This document shows, piece after piece, positions 26,791 through 40,483 of a DNA stretch of 64,000 nt. The stretch is from Octopus vulgaris (Eukaryota). The stretch lies in contig OX597831.1 in assembly GCA_951406725.2 (NCBI GenBank), positions 74,214,001 through 74,278,000 on the forward strand. The letters run 5' to 3'. Below the pieces are notes generated by a model. It searched no databases. It saw only the letters and a list, made by a program, of their open reading frames with translations, and was not told the origin of the DNA. The position numbers were made by a program, and so were the translations under genes. Within the stretch, counting starts at the first letter, position 1. Every line of letters starts with the position of its first letter.

Positions 26791-27737
26791 GTGTGCATTA
26801 TGTGGTCGGTTGAGCTGAAAATGTGCACACCTATGTTAAAAGTGCTGGCGAGTTTGCATGGTAACTATTTTTTTCCTCAAATGAAAAGCGTGACATCTAG
26901 GACAAAATTCCTCATCTTTTAAAATGTGGCCCGATTACATCCTAATGAAATCTGCTTATATTAACCAAAGAAGTAAAACAATGAAAAGCTATGCCATTTT
27001 AATCCCAAGTAAGGTCGAGTATCTCTGTAGGTCTACTACATATTTGTGAAAAGGGCAGACGTTGTCTCACAAGCAGTTATACAGGCAAAAGTGTTAGTAA
27101 ATATGGTAGGATTCAGTTGAAAATTTGCACACATATGTTAAAAGTCCTGGCGAGTTCGCATGGCAATTGAAAGGAGTAGTCTCTAGGGCAAAATTCCTCA
27201 TCTTTAAAGTGTGGCCGCGTAGACCCGAGTGAAATCGCGTTATAATACTGAAACAAATAAAACAATGATAAACTATCCCGAGCAAGGCAGGGTTTCTCTG
27301 CTATCTATATATATAAAAGAGGCTTTTGGGCAAAGTTGCGTGCACGTTTTGCTACGTCAGAGATTGGCGGCCACACCAGTGGTCAGAGCGAGCTGAAAAT
27401 TGACACAGGCATAGAAATCGTGATGAGGCAGAGAGTTGAGTAGGTTAAAACTCACCATCTGGAAAGATGCGGTTGCTATGGTGAGAAGATTCAAGGGTGC
27501 TCTAAGCCCCTCCTGATTGGCGCGGAAATCTAATTTTTTTATAAATGGCATGGCAGAGAGATAGATAGAGAAAGATAAAGAGTAAGAGCAAGCGAGGGAA
27601 AGTCCGAGAGAAAGGAAGAGTAAGAGAGTGGGAAAATGAGAAAGGATAGAGAAACAAAGAGGGAGAATGTGGCGATAAGAAACAGAAAGTAACAACCACA
27701 ACCTCACCCGCGCGTAGAGCGGAACACCTTAAGCTAG
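26790..27737 (+). mobile_element. Head-to-tail array of three non-autonomous Helitrons (~26790-27031, 27032-27303, 27304-27737)
   Basis: 5' TCTA starts; 3' GC hairpins (cccgagcaaggcaggg; ccgcgcgtagagcgg); terminal CTAG|T at 27734-27738; units 1 and 2 are homologous. Confidence 0.75.
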
Positions 27738-27819
27738 TCTCTCTCTATATATAATGTATAACATATATCACTTACATACATACATACCTACATAAATAAA
27801 TGGATATATATATATATGT

Positions 27820-27871
<52 letters not shown>

Positions 27872-27872
<1 letters not shown>

Positions 27873-28077
27873 CTTCTGTCCGGCAGTCGCCATGATAGAT
27901 CGGTAGCCACTACACACATTTTTTCTCTCTCCTTGTTTCTTTCTGTGTTCCTTTCTGTAGAAGAGCGTAGGCTCGAAACGTAAAAGACTGTCAATTCCTG
28001 TGCGTTATACTAATACAGTCGTTTGTTTTCTACACCACCTGTCTTCGTCTTTTGTTGTTTGTTTTTTTTTTGTAAAT

Positions 28078-28082
<5 letters not shown>
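27872..28082 (+). mobile_element. PLE pLTR-type repeat with variant hammerhead (27951-27986)
   Basis: cttt CUGUAGA a gagc gtag gctc GAAAC GUA aaag; lies between (TA)n tracts. Confidence 0.7.
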
Positions 28083-28129
<47 letters not shown>

Positions 28130-28133
<4 letters not shown>

Positions 28134-28440
28134 TAATAAATGCAAGATATGTTTTCATGTGTTTCTAATAGATGCATGGTCTGAGAGCATGCAGACAGTA
28201 TTTTTCATGCGTCTGCTGTCCTAGCGCAATCTTCAAGCACTGCCCAGTCTACCTCTTTCTCGCATTTTCCCGCTTTTTCTTCCGTCCTATTGTCTCATTT
28301 TTAGTTCGTTATGCCATGTAGGCAGTGCCTGATGATTGTGTTAGGACACTAGACGTGTTAAAAAATAGTGTCTGGCATGCTCTCATCACATGAAACTAAT
28401 GAAAGAACATAGAAACATATATTGTGCTTATTAAATTGCA
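28130..28440. repeat. Diverged inverted repeat with HHR-like remnant
   Basis: 28130-28245 is the imperfect reverse complement of 28321-28440; CUGAUGA at 28329 and GAAAC at 28392. Confidence 0.6.
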
Positions 28441-28707
28441 TTTATCTCTCACCACATAAAGTACTTTATTGTTGATCACGGAACAGCTTATTATATATAT
28501 ATTTATAGATAAATAGTTAGATAGATACACCTCACACACACACACACACACGCAGACACATATATATACACTCATATTTATATACACACACAACCTCATA
28601 CATACATCACACACTCTTTTCTTTTACTTGTTTCAACACAAAAGCTGCGGCCATGCTGGTGCATTGCCGTTAGTAAACCCCCCCCAAAAAAAAAATTAAG
28701 GTGACGA

Positions 28708-28780
28708 TGGCGGGTCTCAAGATCGAAGCATGAACCTTTCGATCATCTGTTTATCGCTCTCCCACCTGAACTATTTCGGT
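28708..28780 (-). pseudogene. tRNA-Phe-derived pseudogene
   Basis: accgaaatagttcaggtgggagagcgataaacagatgatcgaaaggttcatgcttcgatcttgagacccgcca aligns without gaps (73 nt, roughly 75% by eye) to metazoan tRNA-Phe(GAA); stems are broken. Confidence 0.75.
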
Positions 28781-29191
28781 TGCCCTACACAACGAACAAA
28801 AAGATAATTTTATTTCTAAGGCGACGAATTAGATTTCACAGCACGCTACTGTGTTCCGACCCTACCTTCTGTGTTCAAATCCAACCGAGTCTAATTCTGC
28901 CCGTTATCGTTTCGGGGTCGACAAGATAAAGTTCCAGTCAAATACTGGGGCCAATTAGTATCAATGAACTCCCTCCGCTCACAATTCTTAACCTTTGTAC
29001 CTGAATCAGAAATCGTTATTATTGCTCGAAAATAATTTATTTATAATAATAATGCTAATAATACGTTTATATCGTTGTGCATATATAATATCAAGCACAC
29101 ACATACACAGACATATATACACACATACATGCATATTTATATGTATCTGCATAAAATCATTTTCATACACACACACACACACACGCACATA

Positions 29192-29226
<35 letters not shown>

Positions 29227-29363
29227 GCATATATATATATATATGCATATATGTACACACACACAACACACACGCACACACATGCATATACATTTACATA
29301 TATATACATACATACACATATACGTATATATATGTATATTCATAAAACCATAATCATATATGC

Positions 29364-29394
<31 letters not shown>

Positions 29395-29570
29395 AATACA
29401 CATACACACAGACACACGCACGTATTCACATTTCCATGTATGCAAAACGACTGAGAATATGAATCGATACGAACGTGATAAAGTTATGGACGACGAGGGA
29501 AAAGTCACAAATAAGAAGAAACCGCTTTAAAAACTGAACAGATCTGCCAATATATACATGTGTATGTATG

Positions 29571-29613
<43 letters not shown>

Positions 29614-30250
29614 TGAGAGAGAGAGAGGAAGGGAGTGAGCGAGAGAGATTTGTTAACAATAGAAACAGGTCTCAGATTGGCAGAAAGAAATGATTGATGT
29701 GTTCAAGGAACGGACTTCCTTTTGCATGCCACTGACAGGCATAATGGTGGAAATCCACAGCTACTTCACTTCGTCACTCAATATCACTGACTGACTGACT
29801 GACTGACATAGCATCACAGCAACAGAGGGATTATGTGTGCGTGCGTGCGTGCGTGCGTGCGGCTGTGTATGTGCGTGTGTGTGTGGGGGGGATGGTGTTG
29901 GTGGGGGGGGGGGAAGAGCGGAAGAATAAGAATTAGTTAACATGCATACTCCTAGACCGTGTGTGTATGGATATAGGAATTGAATACACACATACACGTG
30001 TTCCCTCATATATACTCGCTAACGTGCAGACGCACGTACGAGCATGCAGAAACTCTCAAATTATATACACATGCGCGCGGGCATATATATGTATGTATGT
30101 ATGTATGTATCCATGTATGTATGTATGTGTGTGTGTAATAAATACGTGCGTATAAGCTTGCCTGTCTGTGTCTGTATGTGCGTATGGTAGTATGCTTGTA
30201 CTTTATCTCATTTGAGCATGTGTATTTACTGTTATGGATGCTAATTTGTT

Positions 30251-30320
<70 letters not shown>

Positions 30321-30322
<2 letters not shown>

Positions 30323-31302
30323 AAATTAAGTGGAATGACCACTAAAGTGGACACCCTATATGCTAAAAAAAGACGTCAAATCGTCATTACCACGAAGAAT
30401 GTGTTCTCAAGAAAAAATCTCAGCAAAACGCCAAAATGTAAAAATAAACAAGACAAATCTTCGGATTTTTTAAATATGCTAAGCCACTGGTTTTAATAGA
30501 TTAATATCAATTTTTACCCTTATTATTTAATTTTAAATATAAGAATGTTCTATAACCGGTAAATTGGCTGTTGTAATTTATTAACTGCAGAGTAATTTAC
30601 GGCCTCAGTGCACCATAGTGAAGACATTTGAAAAATACACCTAAATATAATTTGTAGAACTTTACACATGACCGATTTCGGTTGAGCGTTCTGTATCTAG
30701 TTCTGGAAGGCGAGTTGGCAGAAACGTTAGCACACTGGGCGAAATGCGTAGCCGTATTTCGTCTGCCGTTACGTTCTGAGTTCAAATTCCGCCGAGGTTG
30801 ACTTTGCCTTTCATCCTTTCGGGGTCGATTAAATAAGTACCAGTTGCACACTGGGGTCGATGTAATCGACTTAATCCGTGTGTCTGTCCTTGTTTGTCCC
30901 CTCTGTGTTTAGCCCCCTTGTGGGTAGTAAAGAAATAGGTATCTAGTTCTGGAAATTGTGATTTGTAAGCGACAGACTACGCTGACGATCTTGTAGACAT
31001 CTGCGTGTTTATATACGTAGATATTAACAAGTGAACTCATGGCACGTAGGTAATCGCTTTTTGTTTCGTATATTTTCATTTGTCTTGCTTATTTTTACAT
31101 TTTGGTGTTTTGCTGAGATTTTTTCTTGAGAACACATTCTTCGTAGTACTGACGATTTGACGTCTATGTTTTGCATATAGGATGTCAACTTTAGTGGTCA
31201 TTCCTCTTAATTTTGTATGTAACAAAATTTTTAATCTTCGGATTTTTTAAATATGCTAAGCCACTTGATTTAATTGATTACTATCAATTTCTACCCTTAT
31301 TA

Positions 31303-31308
<6 letters not shown>
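30321..31308 (+). mobile_element. Non-autonomous PLE-type element with inverted plus direct terminal duplication
   Basis: 30321-30458 is inverted relative to 31078-31217; 30456-30530 is a direct repeat of 31233-31308; degenerate HHR at 30977-31049. Confidence 0.7.
30709..30938 (+). mobile_element. SINE family B, tail 1, nested in the PLE-type element
   Basis: 16-bp TSD gtatctagttctggaa on both sides. Confidence 0.92.
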
Positions 31309-31334
<26 letters not shown>

Positions 31335-31505
31335 GGCGCAGAAGTGTCTGTGTGGTAAGTAGCTTGCTAACCAACCACATGGTTCCGGGTTCAGTCCCAC
31401 TGCGTGGCATCTTGAGCAAGTGTCTTCTGCTATAGCCCCGGGCCGACCAATGCCTTGTGAGTGGATTTAGTAGACGGAAACTGAAAGAAGCCTGTCGTAT
31501 ATATG

Positions 31506-31536
<31 letters not shown>

Positions 31537-31732
31537 TTGTGTGTCTGTGTTTGTCCCCCTAGCATTGCTTGACAACCGATGCTGGTGTGTTTACATCCCC
31601 GTCAATTAGCGGTTCGGCAAAAGAGACCGATAGAATAAGTACTGGGCTTACAAAGAATAAGTCTCGGGGTCGATTTGCTCGACTAAAGGCAGTGCTCCAG
31701 CATGGCCGCAGTCAAATGACTGAAACAAGTAA
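31335..31732 (+). mobile_element. SINE family A
   Basis: Full-length copy. Confidence 0.9.
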
Positions 31733-32029
31733 TATATATATATATATATATGTGTTTGTGTGTGTGTGTGTGTGTGTCTATATATATTCATATATATACA
31801 TATATATACATATATATATATATATGTATATATATATATGAATATATATATGTATATATATATATAATAAAATACAAAATGGGACAAAATGGGATAGATA
31901 GATAAACATAGAAACATAGATGGAATGGAATGGATGCTAGTCAAATGGCTATACTCTGACAACGTAATAATGATAATTTCAATTCATATACGTTAATATC
32001 CACCTGTGCTCGCACGAGTGTGTATGTGA

Positions 32030-32853
32030 ATGAATTGTCTAAATTACGCAAAAATGAAAATAATACTTACTTCTCATTTTAATAGATATATTTACCAAAA
32101 TTGCATCAAAATATCTTGAAATACTAAATTTAGTGAATGTATTCACTAAAATCGCCATTGGTCTCCAGACGGCTTCTGAATCTCCTGCAATTCTTCTGGA
32201 CAATCTTCTTGTTTAAGTTGGTGATTGCTGCTATAATCCCTGCCTTCAGTTCATCTTTGGTGCTACAAAGTGTTTTGTTGGGTTCTTGTTCAACTGCACC
32301 CCACAAATAATAATTAAGGGGTTTGCGGTCTGGGGAGTTAGGTGGCCAGATGTTAGTGGTGATGTGGTCGCAGGAATTGTCCGACAGCCATGACTAGGTT
32401 CTCCTGTTTGTGTGGCATGGTGCAGAGTCCTGTTGCTAGACACAGGGTCTTCCAGCAGCTACCTTCTTGACCCAGGGCAGCACTACCTCCTCCAGGCACT
32501 TGATGTAGGCCCCCGTATTGAGTGTGAGGCCGCGTGGAAAGATGAATGGAGGCATAATGTCGCCATCACTAGTGATCAATCCAAACACCATGATGTTGAC
32601 TGGATGTTTGATTTGTATCATTCTCGGTACATGTCCTCAGACTGTGCTGTCCTCAGGTTGACACTTAAAAACTCTGAAATTTTCTTATTGGAGCTTCCGG
32701 CGCGAATGCCAAACAGTAAAGTATGTTATTTCCAAATTTCTAGCTGAGTGAATTGCGTCATGGTATTGTTTTTCTCACAGACGGTGCTCAACTGACCCAA
32801 TTATACTGTGTAGTCGACAAAATCAAAAGCAACAATTTACCTATCGCACCCTG
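32030..32853 (-). mobile_element. maT/DD37D Tc1-mariner remnant, internally deleted
   Basis: KHPVNIMVFGLITSDG..YIKCLEEVVLPW..QQDSAPCHT..WPPNSPDRKPLNYYLWG; 37 residues between the second D and the mutated third site; TIR cagggtgcgataggtaaattg next to TA. Confidence 0.85.
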
Positions 32854-33429
32854 TATATAAATATACTTTTTATGTATGTATATGTGTATGTGTGTATATA
32901 TATGTATATAAATATACTTTTTATGTATGTATATGTGTATGTGTGTATATATATGTATATAAATATACTTTTTATGCATATGCGCCTATATATACAGATA
33001 TATACTAGGCTAAACGTGGCCCGTTGGGTCAGCTGGAAAGTCTGAATTTCCCAGCAACGCACATACAAATACCAACACACACACACACATACACACATAC
33101 ATACATACATACATACATACATACATACATACATACATACATACAAACATATGCATACATACATACATACATACATACATACATACAAACATACATATGC
33201 ATACATACATACATACATACATACATACATACATACATACATACATACATACATACATACATACATGGAGGCTGCGCCCACGTTATCGAATATGGCCATT
33301 GCACAAAGCTTAATCAATGTTGTTATCGTGCAATGCCTGTGCAAGAAGATTTTTTTTTAAGTGAGGAAAGGCTGTGCACTGAGTCAATCCCACTCACTAA
33401 GCAACAACAGCCATAATCCGAAAAGAAGA

Positions 33430-33830
33430 ACAAGTCAACATCATCGGTAACCACTGAGCCGTGGGTTTTATATCGGAGTCATCCCAGTTACCTGAGTTAC
33501 CTTCTCCTAGAAGGATGCCCTGACAAAGGCTAGGAGTCCTTCACTTCCAATGGTTTAACCGCGCGATTGGGTATTCAGTCCGATTATTTCTATGTCACCG
33601 CGCATGATACAGCTTTAAGACATTTATTGGATGGTTGTTGACTCTCAAGAGTTCCCCCGCCCTTTGACAGGTTTTGTTTTTCATCCCGCAGGGTGTCCAA
33701 TAAACACCCTCCTCACCAAGCAAGCTTGGTGGGGTTGCCGGTTTAGTCGTCGACGACCCGACCATGCAACAGGTTGTACTGGGTTACTGTTACCACTAGC
33801 CCTCACAATTAAGTGAATATTTTCACTCAG
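33430..33830 (-). mobile_element. Probable RTE-type LINE 5' UTR-derived repeat
   Basis: Minus-strand ctaggagaaggtaactc resembles motifs recalled from RTE 5' UTRs; GC-richer and structured; no ORF. Confidence 0.4.
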
Positions 33831-34148
33831 CCTCAGGTAGACCAGAGTCTAGTGAGGACTTCTTGCTTGTAAAAATAATTTGCAACATACAACAGGTCCC
33901 CACTAGACCCCCAAAATTCTTACCTTACGGCTGAGTATTCAAAAGTCCTCAATTTAAGACGGCCTTCAAAAACACGTCTTACATCTTCGGTGTCCAGCAC
34001 CACATTGACTTGCACATGCGTAGAAGCAACCTGTAAGCAAGCTACTTAGCGCACAGCCACTCCTACACCTATATACACACATACACACACACTTATATGC
34101 GTATACATATATGAATATGCATATATATATATATATGTATGTATATGA

Positions 34149-34200
<52 letters not shown>

Positions 34201-34204
34201 ATGT

Positions 34205-34477
34205 GGAGGCGCAATGGCCCAGTGGTTAGGGCAGCGGACTCGCGGTTGTAGGATCGCGGTTTCGATCCCCAGATCGGGCGTTGTGAGTGTTTATTGACGA
34301 AAACACCTAAAGCTCCACGATGCTGCGGTAGGGGAGTGGAGATCCCTGCTGTACTCTTTCGCTGCAACTTTCTCTCACTCTTTCTTCTGTTGGCCTGCTC
34401 GCTTAGCCAGCGAAGCGCATTGTAACTAGCGATGTGTAGCAACATCTGATAGCCTGGTCGGCCACGTGATCACATGA
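34205..34477 (+). mobile_element. tRNA-derived SINE family C
   Basis: ggaggcgcaatggcccagtggttagggc..ggtttcgatcccc; homologous to the copy at 44778. Confidence 0.85.
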
Positions 34478-35069
34478 TGTACATATATAGTATATAGTAT
34501 ATACACCCCACCCCCATCCACTCACCCACACCAACGTACACCCATACACACACACACATATATATGGCTATATATTTGTATATGAATATATGCATATATG
34601 TATGTGTGTATGTATATATACGTGTATCATACATGTATTGTGTGACCCTAAATGACAGGTGTCAATGAGTAAAGTCACAAAAGCCAATCATTGCCTGACT
34701 ATTGAAAATCGATTATTTTCCAGTTTGCTCACTCCAGCCGTGGCACTCCCCCACACTGGCAGTCTTGGCAGCCTTTGCGGTCTTGGTACGCTTTGAGACG
34801 GTGGAGCTCGGTGCTTTGACAGCCTTTCTTATATACGTAACTTTAGCATACATACACACATGCATTGAACCATACATACGTATATACATACGCGTGTATG
34901 TTCGTGTGTTTGGCTCTGTGTGTAATGCACAGACACACACGTGCACATACACAATCTCACGCACACACACACACACTCACGCACATATACACGTGTACAT
35001 ATTGAAGTATATGTAGATGTGCTTGCACACATTTGTGTGTATATATATATATGAATTTTTATAGATATA

Positions 35070-35472
35070 CTAGCAGTATCGCCCGGCGTTGCTCGGGTTT
35101 CTAAGGGAAATAACTATATAAGCATTTTAGAGAGTTACTTCCCTTATATAATAGCAAAAAAAATTAATTAAAAATGGAAAAAAATGATGGTAATTTTTTT
35201 TTTAATCGTAGACTCATCGTAGACATTTTTAGAGAGTTACTTCCCTTATATAATAGCAAAAAATGCATTAAAAATGGAAAAAAATGATGGTCATTTTTTT
35301 TTAAATCGTAGACTCATCGTAGACGCGCGCTAATACCCAGAAGGGCTCGATATGAATCACGACTATAAGATACCCGCTTTTGGTTAAACTGCACCGCAAA
35401 ATGTGGGAGTAGTTAAGAATCTAAATCGTAGGAGACAGACACCACACAACTTTTCTTTTATATATATATAGA
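35070..35472 (-). mobile_element. Non-autonomous Helitron, complete
   Basis: Minus strand A|TCtatatatatataaaag...cccgagcaacgccggg cgatactgCTAG|T; internal ~100-bp tandem duplication. Confidence 0.88.
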
Positions 35473-35699
35473 TATGTGTATTATATATGTATACACACAC
35501 ACACATACTTATTCTCGTTCCTATTCATACAAATGCATGACTGGTGACATGTCGGCCATACTGTCTGTGTGTCGTAATAAGCTTTACTTTGGTTAGAAGC
35601 AAACGTTTACCATTGTCTACATGGGCCTGTGAGATTTTGGAACAATAACGTTTGCAATTATAACCACCACCACCACCACCTCCACCTCCACCATTAACC

Positions 35700-35754
<55 letters not shown>

Positions 35755-36749
35755 CATCAATACTCACACACTATCACTACCATCACTACGCTATTGCTAC
35801 AATCACAACACTGCCACCATCACCGCCAATCCAACCACGACGACCACCAGTACCGCTATCACGACGACGACGGCAGCAACTACCATGACGACGACTACGA
35901 TGTCGATGTTTACCATCCACGATCGCCACCACCGCCACCAACTAGAAACGCAAACGCATCTACCATAACCGCCATCACTAAGACGGCCACCACAATGACC
36001 AACAATCAGCAGAAACCCTTCCATTGTAACCACCATCTCATTACCAACCAATAAAATAACTACCGATGCCATTGCGATCATCACGGGCATCATCACCATC
36101 ACAAAGACCACTGTGGTTCCGACCATAACCATCTTTATCCCTATCATTCTACTACCAGGCTTCTTGGGGTAAATTTTGCAGAATCTGGGAATCGCTTCTT
36201 TCGAAAGAATTTTCAGTAAGCTTTATTTAGGATGCATGGCACCATCGTTATCAGCAAATATAGCTAAGTAGATCCTACTGAGAGTCTTTCAAAATAAGAT
36301 ATAAACAGCATACATACACTTTCAAAAACCCCTGTTAAATGCCTTGGTGTATCAAGGCTTTTGCCAAATACACCGAAATTTTACTCAAGTTTTCTAAGGC
36401 GAAATTTTAATATAGATTAGTTTGAAACCAGCGAGTATTCTCCTGCACACAGTCAGTACAGTAATATAATCCCTGTCTTGCAGAAAAAAGTAAGAAGTGG
36501 ATATTCTATTAAGAGAATTCCAGGACTTCAAGAAAATAATTTGAACGAGTTAACTCGTGTGGATTCAGGGAAATTTCGGATGAAAGAATTTTAAGACACA
36601 CAAACAAGCATACATATACACATGTACACGGACACACAAAGATACAAATGTACATACATATCAATACACTCACGCATACACACATATACAAAGACCCAAA
36701 CGCTCGCTTGGTCACTCGCACACTCACACACATATGTATGTATGTATAC

Positions 36750-36782
<33 letters not shown>

Positions 36783-36809
36783 TGTATGTATGCAGATGTT
36801 AATATATAT

Positions 36810-37345
36810 ATCTCCCTTTCTCTTGCTCCTCCTCCCCCTCCCGTCGTTGACCCGCGACGAGACTTCCGCTACTGTCTTTCTAGCCTAACCCTCTCGAGGT
36901 GTGGACGGCAATTTTTTTGCTCCGTTCGTCGTTCAACAAAAAATCCGCGTTCGTAATACTTTTTTTCGTTCTGCGTTAACAGCCCTTCTCATCTTGTTTT
37001 TCCTTGTCCTGTCTTTTACTGTTTATAATTTGTACTGTCGTTACTGTCCTGTTTTTGTGACCATTTTTTACCCCTCTGCGAAAAGATCTCAAAATTTTAA
37101 TTGATTTGCTTTTCGCAGGAAGGAAAGTTTCTTGTCGAAGATACGTCTCGCTTTCGCCTTCGAAACGTAGAGTAGATGAAACCATAGCGACTGAAGAAGG
37201 GTTTTTTTCTTTGTGTTAATTGTCCTGTACTCTATTTTTTTGTTGTTTAAAAAATGTCCAGTTCCTTTGGATTGTGTCTATGTTTTCGTTTCTCATTGTG
37301 TTCGACGTCTTTTTGGTGTCCTGTTCTCATATATGCGTGTATATG
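36810..37345 (+). mobile_element. Probable PLE pLTR-type repeat
   Basis: Pyrimidine-rich strand, gaag..cttc GAAACGUA half-motif at ~37137-37170, ends in a TA-rich tract. Confidence 0.4.
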
Positions 37346-37391
37346 TACATGTAGAGGTAGGTACGTACATATATGTTTATATATATGCATA

Positions 37392-37457
<66 letters not shown>

Positions 37458-37669
37458 AGGCGGAGAGCTGGTAGAAACGTTAGCATGCCGGGCGAAATGC
37501 GTAGCCGTATTTCGTCTGCCGCTACGTCCTGGGTTCAAATTCCGCCGAGGTCGACTTTGCCTTTCATCCTTTCGGGGTCGATAAATTAAGTACTAGTTGC
37601 GTACTCCGGTCGACCTATTCGACTGGCTCCCGCCCCCAAAATTCCGGGCATTTTGCCTAGAGTAGAAAA

Positions 37670-37670
<1 letters not shown>
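37458..37670 (+). mobile_element. SINE family B, tail type 2
   Basis: Family B head and body followed by cccccaaaattccgggcattttgcctagagtagaaaag. Confidence 0.88.
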
Positions 37671-37702
<32 letters not shown>

Positions 37703-37705
<3 letters not shown>

Positions 37706-38110
37706 TTACTCTTTTACTTGTTTCAGTCATTTGACTGCGGCCACGCTGGAGCACCGCCTTTAGTCGAGCAAATCGACCCCAGGACTTATTCTTTGTAAGC
37801 CCAGTACTTATTCTATCGGCCTCTTTTGCCGAACCGCTAAGTGACGGGGACGTAAACACACCAGCATCGGTTGTCAAGCAATGCTAGGGGTACAAACACA
37901 GACACACAAACATATACACACACACTTATATATATATACATATATACGACAGGCTTCTTTCAGTTTCCGTCTACCAAATCCACTCACAAGGCATTGGTCG
38001 GCCCGGGGCTATAGCAGAAGACACTTGCCCAAGATGCCACGCAGTGGGACTGAACCCGGAACCATGTGGTTGGTTAGCAAGCTACTTACCACACAGCCAC
38101 TCCTGCGCCT
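37703..38110 (-). mobile_element. SINE family A
   Basis: Full-length copy. Confidence 0.9.
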
Positions 38111-38118
38111 ATTTATAA

Positions 38119-38178
<60 letters not shown>

Positions 38179-38875
38179 CCTCTCACTCACACACAACTAG
38201 AAAAGTTTGGCATTTGATCCCAGGGGCCACGGGAATTTAACCCGAAATGAACAGTCCTGCCAAAATAATAATCCAGCTTGACGAGGCATTTATATTTATA
38301 TTCCCTATTATAATTCAACCCCTACTTTCTCTTTAAAATGTGTGCGCGTGCGTCCGCGTGTGTGTGTGAGTATGTGTATGTGTATGTGAGTATGTGTCTG
38401 TATTTTTTTGCGTGCGTCTGAGCGTGTACCACGGAACACCATCGAGAATAACACCAATATATCCACTGCACGCCACACCCATATTATCATTGCCACCATT
38501 AACTCCGTCCTCACCATCACCACCACCACCACCACCACCACCACCACAACCACCACCACCACTACCGCCGCCACCACCACCACCACCACCACCATCGCCA
38601 CCGTCACCGCCATTGCCGCCGCCGAAATCGTCATCATCATCGACGACAATGAAGACCGCCGCGACTGCGTGATGGCGGCGGTGGCGGTGGCGACACCTCC
38701 ATTATGTCTGGCTGACGACACGCAAACCGTCGTGTAAACACGAACCAACGCAGCGCCAAACCATTTTCTTCATGATTGCTTTCACAATATATTTTTTTTT
38801 CTCCAGTGTTCATTGACAGGTTAAAAGTAAATATCAAGAAATACACACGCACGCGCGCACAAAACACACTTACAC

Positions 38876-38911
<36 letters not shown>

Positions 38912-39195
38912 GTAATATGATGTTTGCCTGTATAAATTCTTCATATGTCCATCAGTGTACGAATGCATGTACGTATCTGCGCGTGTGTATAGTTTCGTCC
39001 TTATAAATGCATAGTGTCTCTTTCTGTCTATCTTTATTACACCATCTCTCACTTTATATATGAGTATATGTCCGTGTCCGTACACACACCCACCCACACA
39101 CACACACAGATAAATAAATATACTTATATATGTATATATATGTATGCATATGTATGCATAACTGTATGTATTTATAAATGTATATAGAAATATGT

Positions 39196-39271
<76 letters not shown>

Positions 39272-39426
39272 AGAGAGAGAGGGTGGGGAGTAGTTGTGTA
39301 GAGAACGGTATTAATATTTCCTCACACATAAAGTCGATTCGTTATCTAAAATGGAAAATTTTAAAACCGACACGAGATATAAATAAATACATAAATTACA
39401 TAAACAGATACATTTTATGATAGATT

Positions 39427-39468
<42 letters not shown>

Positions 39469-39621
39469 AAAAGAGAGAGAGAGAGAGAGTTGCCGCTGTA
39501 TACGATGATCGGTTCAAGCAACTATGCACACACATATATACACACGCGAATAACTACACCTAAATAAATACATATACATTCTCGATTAATCTGTCTGTCG
39601 ATCTCGCCACTTCTCTGATTG

Positions 39622-39724
<103 letters not shown>

Positions 39725-39773
39725 GCCTATCTGTCTGTCAGTCTGACTGTCTGTCTGTCTGTCTGTTTGTCTG

Positions 39774-39845
<72 letters not shown>

Positions 39846-40211
39846 CCTGTCTGTCTGTCTGTCTCGTCGGGAAAAGACGACCAGTACCTCAAGTTATAAT
39901 GTGACCGCTCAGGGTGATAAGGCGTATTCGAAAGTCTACACGTTATGATCTGTAGAAAACGATTCATCAAACGTGATCGTTCCGGAGTTTTATGGTGGTT
40001 AAACCCTTGCTCGCTCTCAATATCCATCTTCCTCCACATAAAAAGGAGCCCGAGTAAGGAGCCGGAGATTCCAGTATTTCACAGTATATTATTAACTGCT
40101 TGGTGGCACGTACGAATGACGAAGCCACCTCGAGCATCATCCTATGAACCCGGAAAAATTTAAAACAGAGAGTTACTTACTTACAAATAAATGTGTTAAC
40201 ATGTGACATTA

Positions 40212-40483
40212 TTGACCGTGGTTACCGTGGTCTTTTCCGTAGGCTTTTCTTTTCACGGATAAACCTTATCTGCTTCCCCCTTTACACTTTACATCATGAC
40301 ATATCTGTGATACACGATCCCTATTGATCGTTTTTTTTTCTCTCTTTTTACGATCCCTTTTGATCGAAAACCTACCCCCTTTTTCTTTTTCGTTTTCTTT
40401 TCTTTTTTTTCTCCCCCCAAAGAAAAGCTCTACTTTGGAATTTGTCCCTTCTGTGTTCAGCGTTGTGTGGCTAATAAAGAAAC
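40212..40483 (+). mobile_element. Probable LINE 3' UTR sharing its terminus with SINE B tail 1
   Basis: Ends ttgtcccttctgtgttcagcgttgtgtggctaataaagaaa. Confidence 0.55.

Noticed and set aside
33700-33830. Possible HDV-like ribozyme in the putative RTE 5' UTR
   Set aside because: Only simple hairpins could be drawn; the nested double pseudoknot could not be built.
34205-34280. tRNA-like sequences here and at 44191 and 44778
   Set aside because: Acceptor stems do not pair and they continue into repeat bodies, so they are SINE heads rather than tRNA genes.
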